63,854 nucleotides of DNA, filler included, from Reticulomyxa filosa (GCA_000512085.1; 21 parts of 21 records of this genome joined end to end with filler, not necessarily neighbours in it); one strand, 5' to 3'; shown: positions 39,631 through 54,621, counted from the whole stretch's first letter. The notes: generated by a model from the letters alone, not told the origin. Numbers and translations are program-made.

Positions 39631-40894
39631 TCTTTAAATGTGTCTTTAATCTTGTAAATTTTTAAAAATTTGACAGTTATGTTGTCTTATAATTATAAAA
39701 TTTAAGTATATCCAAAAAATATTCAAAATAAGAAAATTTAACAACCAAAACAGATTTAATGAAAATGTTGGCAAGATAAATATTGTATTAGCTTGACTGA
39801 CAAGAAATTTCTTTTCTATTTTTTTTAATACACAAAATATCACCGATTTACTTTTTAACAAATCATTGCTTTAAATATTTTAATACAACAATGTCATTCA
39901 AAGAATTTAGCAATAAACTTGAAAAAGCAGAAATATCTCAAACACCGAGAATACAAGAGAGAAATCAGCATAGATTTGCATAACTTTCAACTCCAATGTC
40001 TCCGTGAAATTTCTTCCCGCCTTGCACTACAAACTTTGTGCGTCCTCTTGGCGTGCTCATGGCCTAGCATACACCTCAGGCTCTTGTTTGGGATAGCACT
40101 TTTTCTTTCCCTTTTTAACCACAAAAAAATTTTTTAAAAAATTCGGATATGCAATTCGTGAAAGCAAAAGGGTATACGTATACAGCAAACTGTAAAATGT
40201 GTTGGCACACATGCTGGGTCATTTCCATCACGTACATACATTCACAAGTACTCTCAAAAAAAAAAAAAAGGGAGTGGAGGGAAGCGAGTTCAGACAAAAA
40301 AAAAAGAAAAACGTAGAGATTAGCACATTTTTCTTTGTATGTACAAATCCTTGTAATGTTTTCAAAAGAACAAAGAAAATAAATCTGCCAACTGTTTTTT
40401 AATTGGTCGACCTTCTAAAGTCTAATAATGCATCACTGTCAATGTTATTTTGCAAAAATATACTGTCCCCTTTATCTACTGACTCACATCCGATTGTGCC
40501 CATGTGTTCATTGACTTCACATCTAATTTTTTTTTAGAATTCAAAATAATTTACAGGTAATCGTTAAATAGTTTTTGTTTAATTAAATTTATTTACAATA
40601 CCTGTAATTAAAATGTATATTGTGTCAAAGAAAAAATTCCTAATTGAACAAATTAAAAAAATTGTTTTGTTATTTTTTTTTTGAAACTTTCTGAAAAGTT
40701 TTTAAATATTAATTCTTTGGTTAAAATTTATAAAAAGCATTTATTGACTAATTTGTTATTTGTTTTTATTATTGACCTCATTATATATTTTGAAAATACT
40801 TAAAAAGAATGTTAAATTTCATAATTACGAATAAAAACTATGTTTAAAGATATATAGTTAACAGATATTTTAATTTTGTTTCTTCAAAATTATC

Positions 40895-40975
40895 TCATCT
40901 ACTGTATTTCATGATAATTTTATCAAAATCATCAATCCATCCTAGTTTTATCTTAAATTTGGATCCAATATTCAC
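40895..40975 (-). pseudogene. Orphan IKLGW module fragment
   Basis: FKIKLGWIDDFDKIIMKYSR* with no propeller sequence upstream on that strand. Confidence 0.8.
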
Positions 40976-41070
40976 TGAATCAGTTTTTTTATTTGTAAAT
41001 TTCTAAATCAAGTTTCTGAACCTTCAAAATAAAAAAAAGGGTTTTGCTTAAAGTTTACATCATAATCATC

Positions 41071-43059
41071 ATGATTGCACAACTTCAACAAACGTTTCCC
41101 AACATAGCTGAAGAGATTATTTTAAAGGCATGGGGGCAATGTGATAAAAATGTTGACAAGACAAATGGTGTCTTAACTTGGCTAACAGAGAACACGTAAC
41201 AATAGATTTCTATTTTTTTCTTTTCTCTTTTTGTAATAACATTATGTTTTTTTAATTTATTGCTTTATATATTTTAATACAGCACCACTTTACAACAGCA
41301 ACAATATTTAATGAATTTATTTCAATATTTTGGCGTGAAACTTGAAAAAACAACAATATCACAAACATGGAAAAATTGCAATCAAATCCTTATTGACACA
41401 CGAGAGAAATTAAGAGAGATATGTGCAACATCCAATTTAAATGAGTTAAGTGTGTATAAAGTGTACATACTACTGTAAAGTAAAAAAAAAAAAACTTTTA
41501 AATAGGTTGAAAGAAGAAAATGAATTAAAAATAATTCGAGAAATGTGTTTGCATATTTTGTGGAATATTTTGAAATATCCTAAACATATCAAATATCGTC
41601 AAATTAACAAACAAGCTTTATATAACTATTTATTTCAGAGATGTCATACATTAGGTGCAGATTTTGAGCAAGTACTTATAGATATTGAAGTAGATTTACA
41701 AAATATTGGATTTCAAAGAGGAAATGATGATAATTGGTACTATCAGTATGATTGTATTCAATTATTACATCTGTGGGAATGTTATTGTTATTGGATCGAT
41801 AAACAAGTCATGTATGTGTCAATAAAACAAATAATATAAGTATATAAACGATATAACCAACCATCTTAAATAGATATAAAACAAGATATTATATTCCAAG
41901 AAGAGTGTGTATGTTATGGAATGGAAAATGGAAAGATTATGAATGTGTATTTGATTATGGACATCGAACAATAATGTTATTTGATCAAAATAAATTAAAA
42001 ATAAAATCATTACAACTTGGAAATCCAAACAAATCATTATTGGAATTCAATGTGACTATCCAATATTATAATGACATTGATATTATTGAAACACATGCCA
42101 AATGGGCTTGTCTCATTCTCAATCATACTTGGCACTTTCGCACAACTAATTACGAAGATAGAGATGATTTATCAAATTGTGTATCAGTTAATGAAAGCAA
42201 AAACATAAAAATATCTTTATCAATTATAAATATAACTTGCCAATTATTTGTTAATGTTCAATTGTTACACTTATATTTCAAACACATAGGAGTTCAACTC
42301 TTTTTATGTCATTTGGAAATATATTGATAATGCAACACACAAAGAGCCATTGAATCCATATTCAATCACTTTCAAACAAGGAATACAACATCTACAACAT
42401 AACTTACAAATGAGAAGTCATTTTGCAGATGGAAAAGATGAATTCATATTATTTGAATGTAAATTTGACAAATGTAAACCAGTAATATCATCAAAAATAA
42501 ATAACTCAGATGTATTATTACATGATATTTACAAACATCTTCCTCATTATCCAATTATTCAAGTATATTGGGAAATAAAATATTACTTCATGGTATCCTA
42601 CAAACACACAATTGGTATTGAAAGAAATCATTTACCAAAAAGTGATGAATTAGGTATTGAATTTATTCCGTCAAATCAAAAAACTAAATTCAATCCATTA
42701 TTGTATGAATGTGATTTGTACAAACTTAAAATGATTAGAGATACAATGGATATAAAATTGACAAGAGACAATTCTTTGCAGAAACTGTTCCATGAAACAA
42801 TAAAAAATGGTTATTTGTGTGATCTAATCACAGTTCAATATACAAGTAATAAAAAAGAAAAAAAGCAATTTTATGATAATATCAAACAAGCAATTAAGTT
42901 TAATGAAAAGGATAAAAATGGTGAATTGATATTAAATGATTTGATATTAACAATATTAAATGAATTGAAGATATTGTATCATGATGATATTCATAAACAA
43001 ATGGGATATCCACTTCAATTATGGCATATTTGTGCAATTTTATTGTATTGTGGTAAATC
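41071..43059 (+). CDS. Multi-exon protein with CUE/UBA-like N-terminus and PUB-like domain, 3'-truncated
   Basis: LQQTFPNIAEEII (CUE-like) and ILWNILKYPKHIKYRQIN...LQNIGF (PUB-like); at least five GT-AG exons. Confidence 0.7.
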
Positions 43060-43921
43060 NNNNNNNNNNNNNNNNNNNNNNNNNNNNNNNNNNNNNNNNN
43101 NNNTTAATTAATTAANNNNNNNNNNNNNNNNNNNNNNNNNNNNNNNNNNNNNNNNNNNNAAAAAAAAAAAAAGATTTTTCCTTGTCTTCATTAAAACCTG
43201 ACGGCTTGTCATTTGAAACAGAAAATGATTGTGATCCTCTTGACGACGTTGGTCCGGTAAATGGTATTATGTTGCCCACACTATCTTGTGAACTGGACGT
43301 ACTGCACTTTGGAGTTGTGAGGGGAACGTTGATCATGATACCATTGGCTGTGTTTACTTTTGCATTCGTTTTTTGTTTATTTGTAATATTCCATGTCTTA
43401 CTTAAGGCTCATCTCTTTTTTTTTTTGGGAATATGATCAATGACTTTCACTTTTTTATAACAAAATAGAAAGCAACAAAAGATAATAACTGCGTGCCGAC
43501 ATTGCTTGCTGCTTATTTTAAATCATTTTTTTTTTCAAACGTACTGCTCCCAGCCCTAATCCAAAAAATTTTTACTCACTCCAATCTTACTTCTTTCGGT
43601 TCCATTTACAAATGGCACCTACTCAAAGATTTTGCATTGTCAGATTCGCATTTATTCAAACAAAAGAACAAATTTGTTTGAAGCGCTCATTTTTTTTGTT
43701 TTGCTTTTTTTCTTTAAACTGTCGGAAATGCATGCAATGAAAATATGTCAAAAGAAAGTTAAAGGAGTATTTCATTAATGTCATTATTGCATCATTCCAC
43801 ATTTATCATTTTAGACTCCAAGAAAGTGTAAGACCTGACCACAAAGGAATCTTTTTTGACGTGATTCATCATTGCACCATTTTCTAATTTCATTTTGAAA
43901 TTATATTACTTTACTAACATA

Positions 43922-44206
43922 ATGTCCGGTTTAGTAAATCCAAAACCTTTTTTACAAGATTTGAGTGGAAAGCCGATCATAGTGAAATTAAAATGGGGGC
44001 ATGAATATAAGGGATATTTGGTAAGCGTTGACAAATACATGAACTTGCAATTGGCATCAACAGAAGAGTACTTACAAGGAGAGTTCAAAGGAACACTTGG
44101 CGAGATTTTGATACGATGCAATAATGTTTTATACATCCGAGGTGCTCCTGAGGATGTCGACATGGATGACAATCAAGACGACAAAGACAAAGACAAATCA
44201 CGATAG
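43922..44206 (+). CDS. SNRPF: Small nuclear ribonucleoprotein F (SmF)
   Basis: [44 protein letters not shown]; intronless. Confidence 0.96.
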   Translation: MSGLVNPKPFLQDLSGKPIIVKLKWGHEYKGYLVSVDKYMNLQLASTEEYLQGEFKGTLGEILIRCNNVLYIRGAPEDVDMDDNQDDKDKDKSR

Positions 44207-44745
44207 ATTCATGGCCTTAACTAGGCACTGATTTTATTTTTTTTTTGCAACCACTCAGTTGGCAAAGAACAAACAAATGCTTGCGATTATGCGTGCAGAT
44301 AGCATTTGCCATTGTAGTTTTGTCCAGAAAATTTTCTAAGAAAATATCCACAAAATTGAACAATCTTTTTTAGGGTCAAATGATTTTATTACTTGGAACA
44401 TGACCTTTTGACTGTCACTCAACATTGTCAATTATTTGCAAATGCGTGGCTTTTGGCTTGTTTGCATCTTACCTTTTCTCTATTAAATGCGAAACCTAAT
44501 TTTTCTTGATTAATCCATCTCGAAACCAGATTAAAATTAAAGAAAAATAATGCCTTGAACAAATGTTGTAGACCACAAGTAGGTTAATAAAACAATTAAA
44601 TTGGCAAAAAATTTGACATAAATAAAAAGTGATTGAATACACCAATGTTCTAATTAGGCATTTCCAAAAATGTGACTAAATGCAAAAGCGGGGAGAAAAA
44701 AAAATTAGTCGCATACCGAAAAAGTTCTCTCAATTTACATTCATA

Positions 44746-45682
<937 letters not shown>

Positions 45683-45916
45683 AGCTTTCACGGAGTTTTT
45701 CTTTCTTTTTATCCAAGTCAAATGATAGGCATTTTATTTCCTTTGTAAGAGTGCACAAAGGATTATGATCGAAACAAACACACACAAAAAAAAAAAAAAC
45801 AAATGTTTTTTTTTTTNNNNNNNNNNNNNNNNNNNNNNNNNNNNNNNNNNNNNNNNNNNNTTAATTAATTAANNNNNNNNNNNNNNNNNNNNNNNNNNNN
45901 NNNNNNNNNNNNNNNN

Positions 45917-46328
45917 TTTTTTTTTTTTTTTGTTTGTTTGTAATTTGAATGTATTTGTGCATGCAACTTACGTCTTCGTTTATCCATTTTGCAAGCATTT
46001 GCTCGATGACTATTGCAATGTTGCCGTTACTTTCTTCCAATTTTTGTTGCAATTCTTCTTCACTAATTGTGTCACCACATAATCTCAATAGCACTTTTTT
46101 CTCTTTTTCATATTTGCCTTTCTCGACTTTTGGGCTTTCGGGAAACCCCAATTCGCTTTGCATCCCTCCCCAAAGCTTTGCTTTCCTTTGGTTCATTTGC
46201 AATCGTCCATCCGTCTTATCCAGCCGTATTTCTGCACTGTCTGTGTTGACAACACCTCGGACGGCAACTTTGGTGCAACGTGCAATTAAGGGCAAATACA
46301 ACTCATATTGAATATCAGCAGCGGCCAT
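45917..46328 (-). CDS. Hypothetical protein with a UBA/CUE-like helical segment, 3'-truncated
   Basis: ORF ends ISEEELQQKLEESNGNIAIVIEQML before a GT donor. Confidence 0.45.
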
Positions 46329-46914
46329 TTTGGTTGCTTTGATAATTTAATATCAAATATTTTTTTTCTTCTTTTGTTATTAATATGAACGACAAAAATA
46401 AGGGGTGTCAACAAATCTTTTTGTTACGACGCGTGCTAAAAGATATTCATGTTCACCTGCAAATTAAAAAATGGTGCAATTCACAAGAAAGGTGCACTAA
46501 TCAAAGATGCATAAACTAACAACCCAAAAGCAGGCAGTAAATAACAAATTCACCTAAAATTCTCCTTTCAAATGAAGTAAGAAAATGGAATCACTCGCGA
46601 AATCAGAAAACAACACAGAAGAAAATAAGGAAAGATCTGCTTGGATTTGAGAAATATATAAGATTTTTTAAAACATAGAGACTATTTTCTTAAATATACA
46701 TGTATATACTTTTTTTGTACTAGTTCTGTTGCTGTTAAAGTTTGATAGAAAAAGAGGAGATTTTGTATACGAAGGACAATTGACGACTAAAAGTGAACAG
46801 TTTTACATTCAAATTTGAATTTTTTTTTTTTGAGGACAGAAAAAAAAAAGGGGGAAGTAGCAAAAAGGGAGAAGTTTAAAAAAAAAAATTTGATCCGAAG
46901 TAAAAATTTGTGGA

Positions 46915-47768
46915 TTAAGTATTTAACTCAATTTGAGGTACCTCAGTGGTAGTTTGGCACAAATTGCAAGTTAAATAGTATTTTTTTTTATCAGTTTTGT
47001 CCCTCCACAAAGAAGTTTGAATGGTCTGACATTTTGTACACAATGCATAAATGTGAATGTAATTGTTTAAAGTGTTCTTGAGAACTTCCACACTGACAGC
47101 TTTGGACAATATTAACGACCCATCTTTTGAGTTGAGTTTGCCCGCACATTTGTGTTCACTTAAAAAAACTGACCAATGTGGGCATCGGGACGATTCATCA
47201 TTTCGCATGTTTTGCTAAAGTTTAACCAAACCGTTAGTATTTGGGTCGTGTTATTATGCACTTTTTCTATTGTTTTGATTCTTGGCAACGGAATCTTTTT
47301 TTCACGTTTCTCGAGCTCTTGACGCATTTCGTCTTCATGATGCCAGTTGGGATTGCTTTTACGTAATGTCGTATACACTCGATCCAACAAATATTCGTAC
47401 GAGTATGCTATCGCTGTGTCCGCGTCAAAAAACGATTCTGGCTCTTTTGTCTCTTTTTTTTTTTTTTTTTTGTTGTTTTATTTTGCTTTTCAATTATTTT
47501 GAGACGAAAGATCCTAGAATGATTTTCAATATCTCACCTTTTAGACATTTTTCCGCAGGATTTGCCATGAATCTAAAAAAAAAAAATGAAGAAGATTTTT
47601 TTTAACCTTCTCGTAAGTTCCCTTCCTACTTTCCCCCCTCCTTGATTGCTATTTATTCAAATCAAGAGTAAAATAACTTTTTTGTTTTTGATTTTCCTGC
47701 TGCAAGGTTAGGGAAGCTGGGCAATCTTCCGTTAGTGAATCTTGCACCACCTTGCTTTTCGTAAACAT
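46915..47768 (-). CDS. Divergent eIF2-beta-like protein (eIF5/eIF2B domain), three exons, one frameshift
   Basis: YSYEYLLDRVY, TVWLNFSKTCEMMNRP..HI.QFFLSE, and the zinc ribbon CTKC...CNLC. Confidence 0.85.
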
Positions 47769-47945
47769 TTGAAAGTAAAAAATAAATTTTAAAAAATAAA
47801 GTAAAACATGCACAATGAAAGCAAGACTAAACAAGACAAATTTGAAACGTAAAGCTGGTTGTTCTTTGGGTTTTTTTTTTTTTTTGCGTGATTGGGAAGA
47901 AAAACACATTATTTGTTTGCTTTTTTTTTTTGTCAATCCAACTTA

Positions 47946-48795
47946 ATGCACGTCAATAAGTTTCTTCCGCCGCCAATAGGTGACCAGCATGTGCAATCTT
48001 CAATAAATAATAAATTTTTTCCGGACCAGGCCAAACAAACAGTGGATCAACTAAAAGCGACGAAATATTCATCAACAATAAGTCCATTGGATGGGATAAA
48101 GATTCCAACGCAGACACAAATCAACACAATAAATGCAGAAATTAACAGTTATTTGTCTCCAAGATCGCGACCAACCGTTCCAATTTATGATACTTTTAAC
48201 GTATAAAAAAAAAACGCTGTCCACAGGCACTAGAAAAAGAGAGCAAAAGGAGGAAAGGAAAAAAGGGGGTAAAAAAAAAAAAAAAAAACCGAGTATTTTT
48301 TTTTTTAAAGTGACATCACCATATGGGTGGGGACTAGACCATTTTTTTAAAAAAAAAAACAGAAACTTCAACCAGTTGAAAAATCGGAGAAACGCAATTT
48401 GCGAAAGGGAAGGGGAGAAGAGAGAGTAAAGAAAGGACAAAAACAAACAAGATTTTGGCTCTGTAAATGACAATCCATTTTTTTTATTTTTATTTTTTTT
48501 AAAAAAAAAACAACAACAAAAAAAAAAAAAAAAGTCATCAAATGGAATGAACGTGCACTTTGATTTGAACCACGGCGCAGGAGGACATGTGCCACGACGT
48601 GGGAAGGAACAGTTACCATTCGGGTACAAGGCGCACGAAGGCGGATACTTGGTGCCGACAATTCAACGCGAGGGCCCCGATGCGGTCAAGTTTACATACA
48701 AATGGATGAGCGAAAATGAAATGCAAAAGGGACACAATTATTCGAAAAAAGGTGGCTCACATAATAAAAAAAACTCTCGAAAATTTAATAACAGC

Positions 48796-48829
<34 letters not shown>

Positions 48830-49132
48830 GTAACAATAATAATAACAATAATAACAATATCAAGCGTTCGAATCATTCGTCCACATACCCCCCCAAGTTT
48901 TTTAATCATAAACGCAATCATAATTTCTCACGATCGCATTACTCTCACAACAAACCCCCAACAAACATGACTATTAATAGCGACAGTGCCAATGCGGCTG
49001 GTGCAAATGGCCTGACCACCTCAACTGCAACGACAATCAATGCTGCCACTATGACGAATATGACAACTACAACAAATAGCCCCAAAGGTTTTGCAGCTGG
49101 CGCTATAAGTGGTTTTCATCACAATGGCAACG

Positions 49133-49178
<46 letters not shown>

Positions 49179-49788
49179 TAATAATAAACACAATAATAAC
49201 AAACCTAACAATAATGACAATAACAACAATAATAATAACAATAACAATAAAAATAAGAACAATAATGGACACCATCATCGGAAGAAATATTATCACTCAT
49301 CAAACTCTAACCAACACAACAACAAACACAAACACTTTAAGTCCCACCAAAAACAACACATGGACCAAGGAAAAGCGAATGATGGCAATGGCAAACGGAA
49401 CAAAAGAGGTGGTCACGGCAAACATAACAACAATCACAGTAATAATATCAACCACAATCACAATAATAACAATAACCATCGATTAGATTATTATGCGTGG
49501 CAATCGTATCCACCCAACATGAATCCGCCCATGCATCCTGCATTTACTCCGCTCACCAATGACGCCATGGTAATGAATCCATTTGCACCTCCGCACACTT
49601 TCATGGAAATGGCTGCCGGCTATTTGCCTCCTTCGGCGATGCAAATGGTAGGCACGTATCTTGGAGGAACACAAGGGCAATGCTTCGCCCACGAAATACT
49701 GCAAATCCAACAAGATTGCAAATGGGACGATAATGTCAAGCCCAATTGCGTCGACGAAAAGAAGCCCAGTTGTTTCCAAGACTGGTGA
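47946..49788 (+). CDS. Asn/His-rich low-complexity protein, multi-exon
   Basis: 413-aa open frame with (AAT)n-encoded poly-Asn tracts, plus an upstream exon from 47946. Confidence 0.65.
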
Positions 49789-49863
49789 GCACTCTTGCAT
49801 GTTGCATGCTATACGCAAACAAATAAATAGTGAGATACCACTTCAAAATTTTCGCAGACCTTT

Positions 49864-49900
<37 letters not shown>

Positions 49901-50062
49901 TTGACACGTCATATTCATACATGTATATATATTTTACACTCTTTGCAGGGAAGAAGAAGAAANNNNNNNNNNNNNNNNNNNNNNNNNNNNNNNNNNNNNN
50001 NNNNNNTTAATTAATTAANNNNNNNNNNNNNNNNNNNNNNNNNNNNNNNNNNNNNNNNNNNN

Positions 50063-50301
50063 ATAATCAATTTGGTTTGCAGAAATGCTCCTTTGAAATC
50101 CACTGCGTATGTGAACAGAGGGAACGAAGGATCGGATAGAAAATTGACCACCACAAAGTTAAACAAAACGAGCACCAGCAACACCACGTGGCAATACTTC
50201 AACAGATCATCCACACGAGAAAATGGAATGCCCCATCTCAAATGTTTCAACATTGACAATTTTATATACCACCATTGCAAGTCCTCTTTCAACGACCCCA
50301 T
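50063..50301 (-). CDS. Hypothetical membrane protein N-terminus, truncated
   Basis: ATG-initiated ORF with a hydrophobic helix that runs to the contig end. Confidence 0.4.
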
Positions 50302-50592
50302 TTTAGCGTTTTGTTCTTTTCTGTTTTGAACGACACCCTTTTTTTTTTTAACTGTCTTGTTTTTTTTTTGACAATTTGAGAAAGTCTTTGTAGCTCGAAA
50401 GAAAATAAGTGTGAAAGAGTGTATGTGATGAAGACTTTGTATTCTTCAATAGAATAAAAATAGTTGAATTTAAATAATTTTTATACACCTTTTTTTTTCT
50501 CGATCAGTCCAAAATCAAAAAAACACGCACAGAAAAAGGCAAATATTCAGTGTACTTGTTTTATCGAACAAAAAGTTTGGGAGTGATTCGAA

Positions 50593-52188
50593 CTAAACAT
50601 GCAATGACTTATTCTTTAAGTTCCTCTTCGTTTGATTGTATTTGTGTTGGATCTCTTTTTTTCCTTCCCCTCGCAAGTCGATACCGTACCATTTTTGAAT
50701 TGCTCCTTGGATTGCGCTAGTAAATTCTTTCTCATCAGGGATAGATTGTAGCCACCAGTTGATCAAAGAGGCTTCTTTTTCAAACAATTGTTTGAAGGTA
50801 TTATCGTTAAGACAAGGACCAAAATACTTGTATGACTTCGGCAAAAAAGGCTCTAAACGTATGTATGCTATTCTTGCTGCAGAAACAGCTGCAGTCATTG
50901 CCATTGGCATTAACATCGATTCAAAAAATATCTTAAAAGTGGCTCTGACTTCAGAGTCTGGTCCTATTTTCAGCATTGCTCCATGTTCAATGAGATCTAA
51001 CATCATTTGATGCAACAAAATGCAGCCAGGATTTCTCGCAACCTCAGTGCCAAATAGCAAATATGTCAATTCACAACAAAGTGCACTCATTTGTGACGAA
51101 TAGGAGTCCAGCTCTCCTTTTCCTAAAAATGCACGAATTTGTGTGACAATGTAACGATCTGTTTTGTTCAGCTGCTTTAGCAAGCCATCCATTCTGTTGA
51201 ATATGCCTGAATAACAAGACTCCGATTTTGTGTACGTCGTAGGTATAACCCAATCCACTCGTCCGTATGAGTATTTTATAATTCTTTGCTTCTCTTTCAC
51301 TCGACTCTCATTCCGAAAAATAATAATCTTTGTACAACTTTGTTCTGTAATAAGAGGACAGTTTCAGAATATCTATTTATGTATATACATAAAATATATA
51401 TACATTTTTAAAAAAATACCATTATCCATCTTTTGATCTTCCGCATTTTTAATCTCCCTCTCTTGTGACAGGTTGAATAGTCTCACATGTGCCAACAAGT
51501 CAATGTCATCTTTAATTTTGATAGTGGAAAATGTACTACCCAATGTTTTTCTTGAAATAATATTTTTAATGTTGTCTGCAAATTGCTTCCAAATTGCTTC
51601 GACCAATGGGTCTTCGACTAATGGTTTTACAGTCGATGATTTTTCTTGGATCTGTGGCTCCGTTTTCAGTGATAAGTTTTTAATCAAATCTTCTATCGAC
51701 AAAGGATGTAAAAGATTGTGCAATCTTTTTTTCAGCTCTTGAATAAATTCCAAATTCGCTTCATATTTCACTTTTGATGTGCTGCCGTCTGTATTAATTA
51801 TACCTCGGCAATGATGAATACATCCTTTGTATTTTCCTTCCATGGAACATGATCCCAATAACTCCTCGCAATCTTTCCATTCGCTAGTTTCGAAAATACG
51901 ATCAGTGCTTTTCGAAACATATTTTACTGATGCTTTCAATGCCTCTACAGCGTTTGTAATTGTTTTTTTATATTCTCCATCGTTTATGCCAAGATGATGT
52001 GCTTTCAATTTATTAAAACGATCATTCACCTTGCCCGAATAAAAAACATGGAGTGCGTACACATGCAATATTTTAACGTTATCGGCAATTGTGTACACTT
52101 CAGACTCAGAGTCGTCAAACCCGTAGTCGTTTGTGCGATTAGAAGCAGAGACATGAGATTCGCGTTGACTCAACTTTGTATCTTCCAT
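50593..52188 (-). CDS. Uncharacterised two-exon globular protein
   Basis: Clean 271-aa and 235-aa ORFs separated by a short AT-rich intron-like gap. Confidence 0.7.
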
Positions 52189-52429
52189 TTTTCTATTATT
52201 ATGTATACGTCAAGAAAGAATTTTGATGTCAAAACCAAAGGGGTGGCGTCCTTAACTAAAACCACAATATTAAGAAAACATTCCGTTTTTATTTTTTGCA
52301 CTTAGTAAGTAATATTTTGATTTGCACACTCCTTGTGGAAAATTAATTTACAAACAAAAAGGTCAGACTGGTTTTTGAGCTTTGGAGACCCTCTTTTTTT
52401 TTATTTATTCACGGACATTATAACTTCGC

Positions 52430-53256
52430 ATGTCCGCGGGTTGGACTTTAGAGCGCTTGAAAGCACAGCAAACACATGTGCTGGATATCTTTGATGCCTG
52501 CCGTGGAGGTGATCTTGCTTTTGTCCGTCATGTGTTGGAAGAGAATCCAGAGGACATATCACTGACGAACGAAAGTGGGATGACGAGTTTGCACGTGGCA
52601 TGCAGTTACGGCAAGGTGGAAGTGGTAAGACACATATTGGAGCAGTATTCAAATGAGGATTTGGACATGGGAGAGAAGGACAAAGAAAACGGTTGGAACA
52701 GTTCGCATCACGCAATGTACAAAGGGAACCTTGCAGTGGTGAAGGAGCTATTCGACTGGGGTTGTCCACAAAGCAGTATATTTGAAGAGAAGGATAACAA
52801 TGGATGGACACCTATGGATTTGTTGGGTTGGAAGCGCTTTCGAAAAGAAGAATACGAGCGCAGCAACAACAACAACAACAACAACAGCAATAATAATAAC
52901 AATAACAATAGCAATAATACATTACGTAAATCTCGTGTAATCAATTACAGTTACAAATATATGCTCGGCCAAGCTCTGTGCAAACAGAAGTTACGAGGTG
53001 TCAATACAAGCCATGTTCATTCAACTGATGACAACAAAGACCCATCAAATTCAAATTCAAAGGTAATGACGACAACTCCACAAGGCATTGTATACGCATG
53101 GGGGAGTGACATGTCTTTGTTATCATTATCCCCCTCTGCGTTGGAAGAGAAAGAGAAGGAGGAAAAGCACCGTCCACAAGCGCAGGTGCAAGTGCATTTC
53201 AAAACGCAATCTCCTCCAACAAAGCCTCAATCATCATCATCATCATCATCATCATC
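52430..53256 (+). CDS. Ankyrin-repeat protein with the start of an RCC1 region (IBTK-like), 3'-truncated
   Basis: GMTSLHVACSYG, DKENGWNSSHHAMYKGNL, DNNGWTPMDL, then VYAWG. Confidence 0.75.
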
Positions 53257-54582
53257 NNNNNNNNNNNNNNNNNNNNNNNNNNNNNNNNNNNNNNNNNNNN
53301 TTAATTAATTAANNNNNNNNNNNNNNNNNNNNNNNNNNNNNNNNNNNNNNNNNNNNAAGGATTTTGAAGCAAAAAACTCTACTCCAATTTTTTGTACACT
53401 ACTAATAGGTATGCTAATTGTGGGAAAAATGATTTCACTTAATTTGAATGCAATCATCAACAGTTTATCGCAAATATTATTATCAAGAAAAGTTTTTGTC
53501 TTTCTTGGAATATTTTTGACAATAACTGTCACAATTTATTTAATGTCAATATTTGAAGAGTTTTTTTTCATAAAAAAATAGGAAAAAACCTATCAAGGAT
53601 TTTTTTGTTTGATAATGAAAAAAACTTGGTCCAATTTTTGTAGTTATTGTAATTTGAATAAGAATAAGTTTTAAGTTGAAATCAAACTAATTTTTTTTTG
53701 TTGACACAACATGGTGGAATAGTTTGATTTTTTGTAAATAAGCAAAAGTAATTCAAATTTCATATCGTTCTGCTAAAAATCAGCAATAAGCGTTTCTTAT
53801 CTTTCTTTTTCTTATCAACTTTCAGATATGCGTATCATTCAAGAGTACTAATCACAAGCACTCTTTCTTGAGTATTAAATTGCTTTAATAATAAACTGTT
53901 GTCAGCTGTCCCAATGCACGAAACATACTTGAACTGATTCAAGTTCGTATACACTGAGTGTAAAGAACAACAGTTAAAGACAAAACTTGATATGTCACGT
54001 CACTTTATAAGATAATTCATTCACATAGAAAAACTAACTGTTAATCTCTATTGTCAGTGCAATTTTTGAATATTTCAATTCTATCGTTTTCTAGCTGTAT
54101 TTCTAAATATTTTTGTTGAAAAATTGCTGTCACATTTTTCCATAACTCAAAAAAAAAGTGTAATGCACGAAAAATGAAATGGGTACTTATAACATGTTCA
54201 TTAATGCATATTTGTACATTCTAACAAATTTTTTTAAAAAAGATATTAATGACATCATCTTGACTCCAGCAATACGTGAGCGAGTTATCACTTAATAAGC
54301 AAAACTTAAAAATTTAATTATACAATCGATTATCATAACATGCATCACACTTTTTATAATTATCATTTCTTGTTGAAAATTTTAAATTCTTTTTTTGATT
54401 ATTTCATCAAAATATGTTGATAAATTTCATTTTTTATTGACAAAAATTGTAAATTCGAATAAATTTTCTTAATTCTGTTGTANNNNNNNNNNNNNNNNNN
54501 NNNNNNNNNNNNNNNNNNNNNNNNNNTTAATTAATTAANNNNNNNNNNNNNNNNNNNNNNNNNNNNNNNNNNNNNNNNNNNN

Positions 54583-54621
<39 letters not shown>

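Noticed and set aside
48790-49480. (AAT)n tracts and their poly-Ile alternative or antisense ORFs
   Set aside because: Ordinary poly-Asn microsatellites; the alternative frames are shadows.
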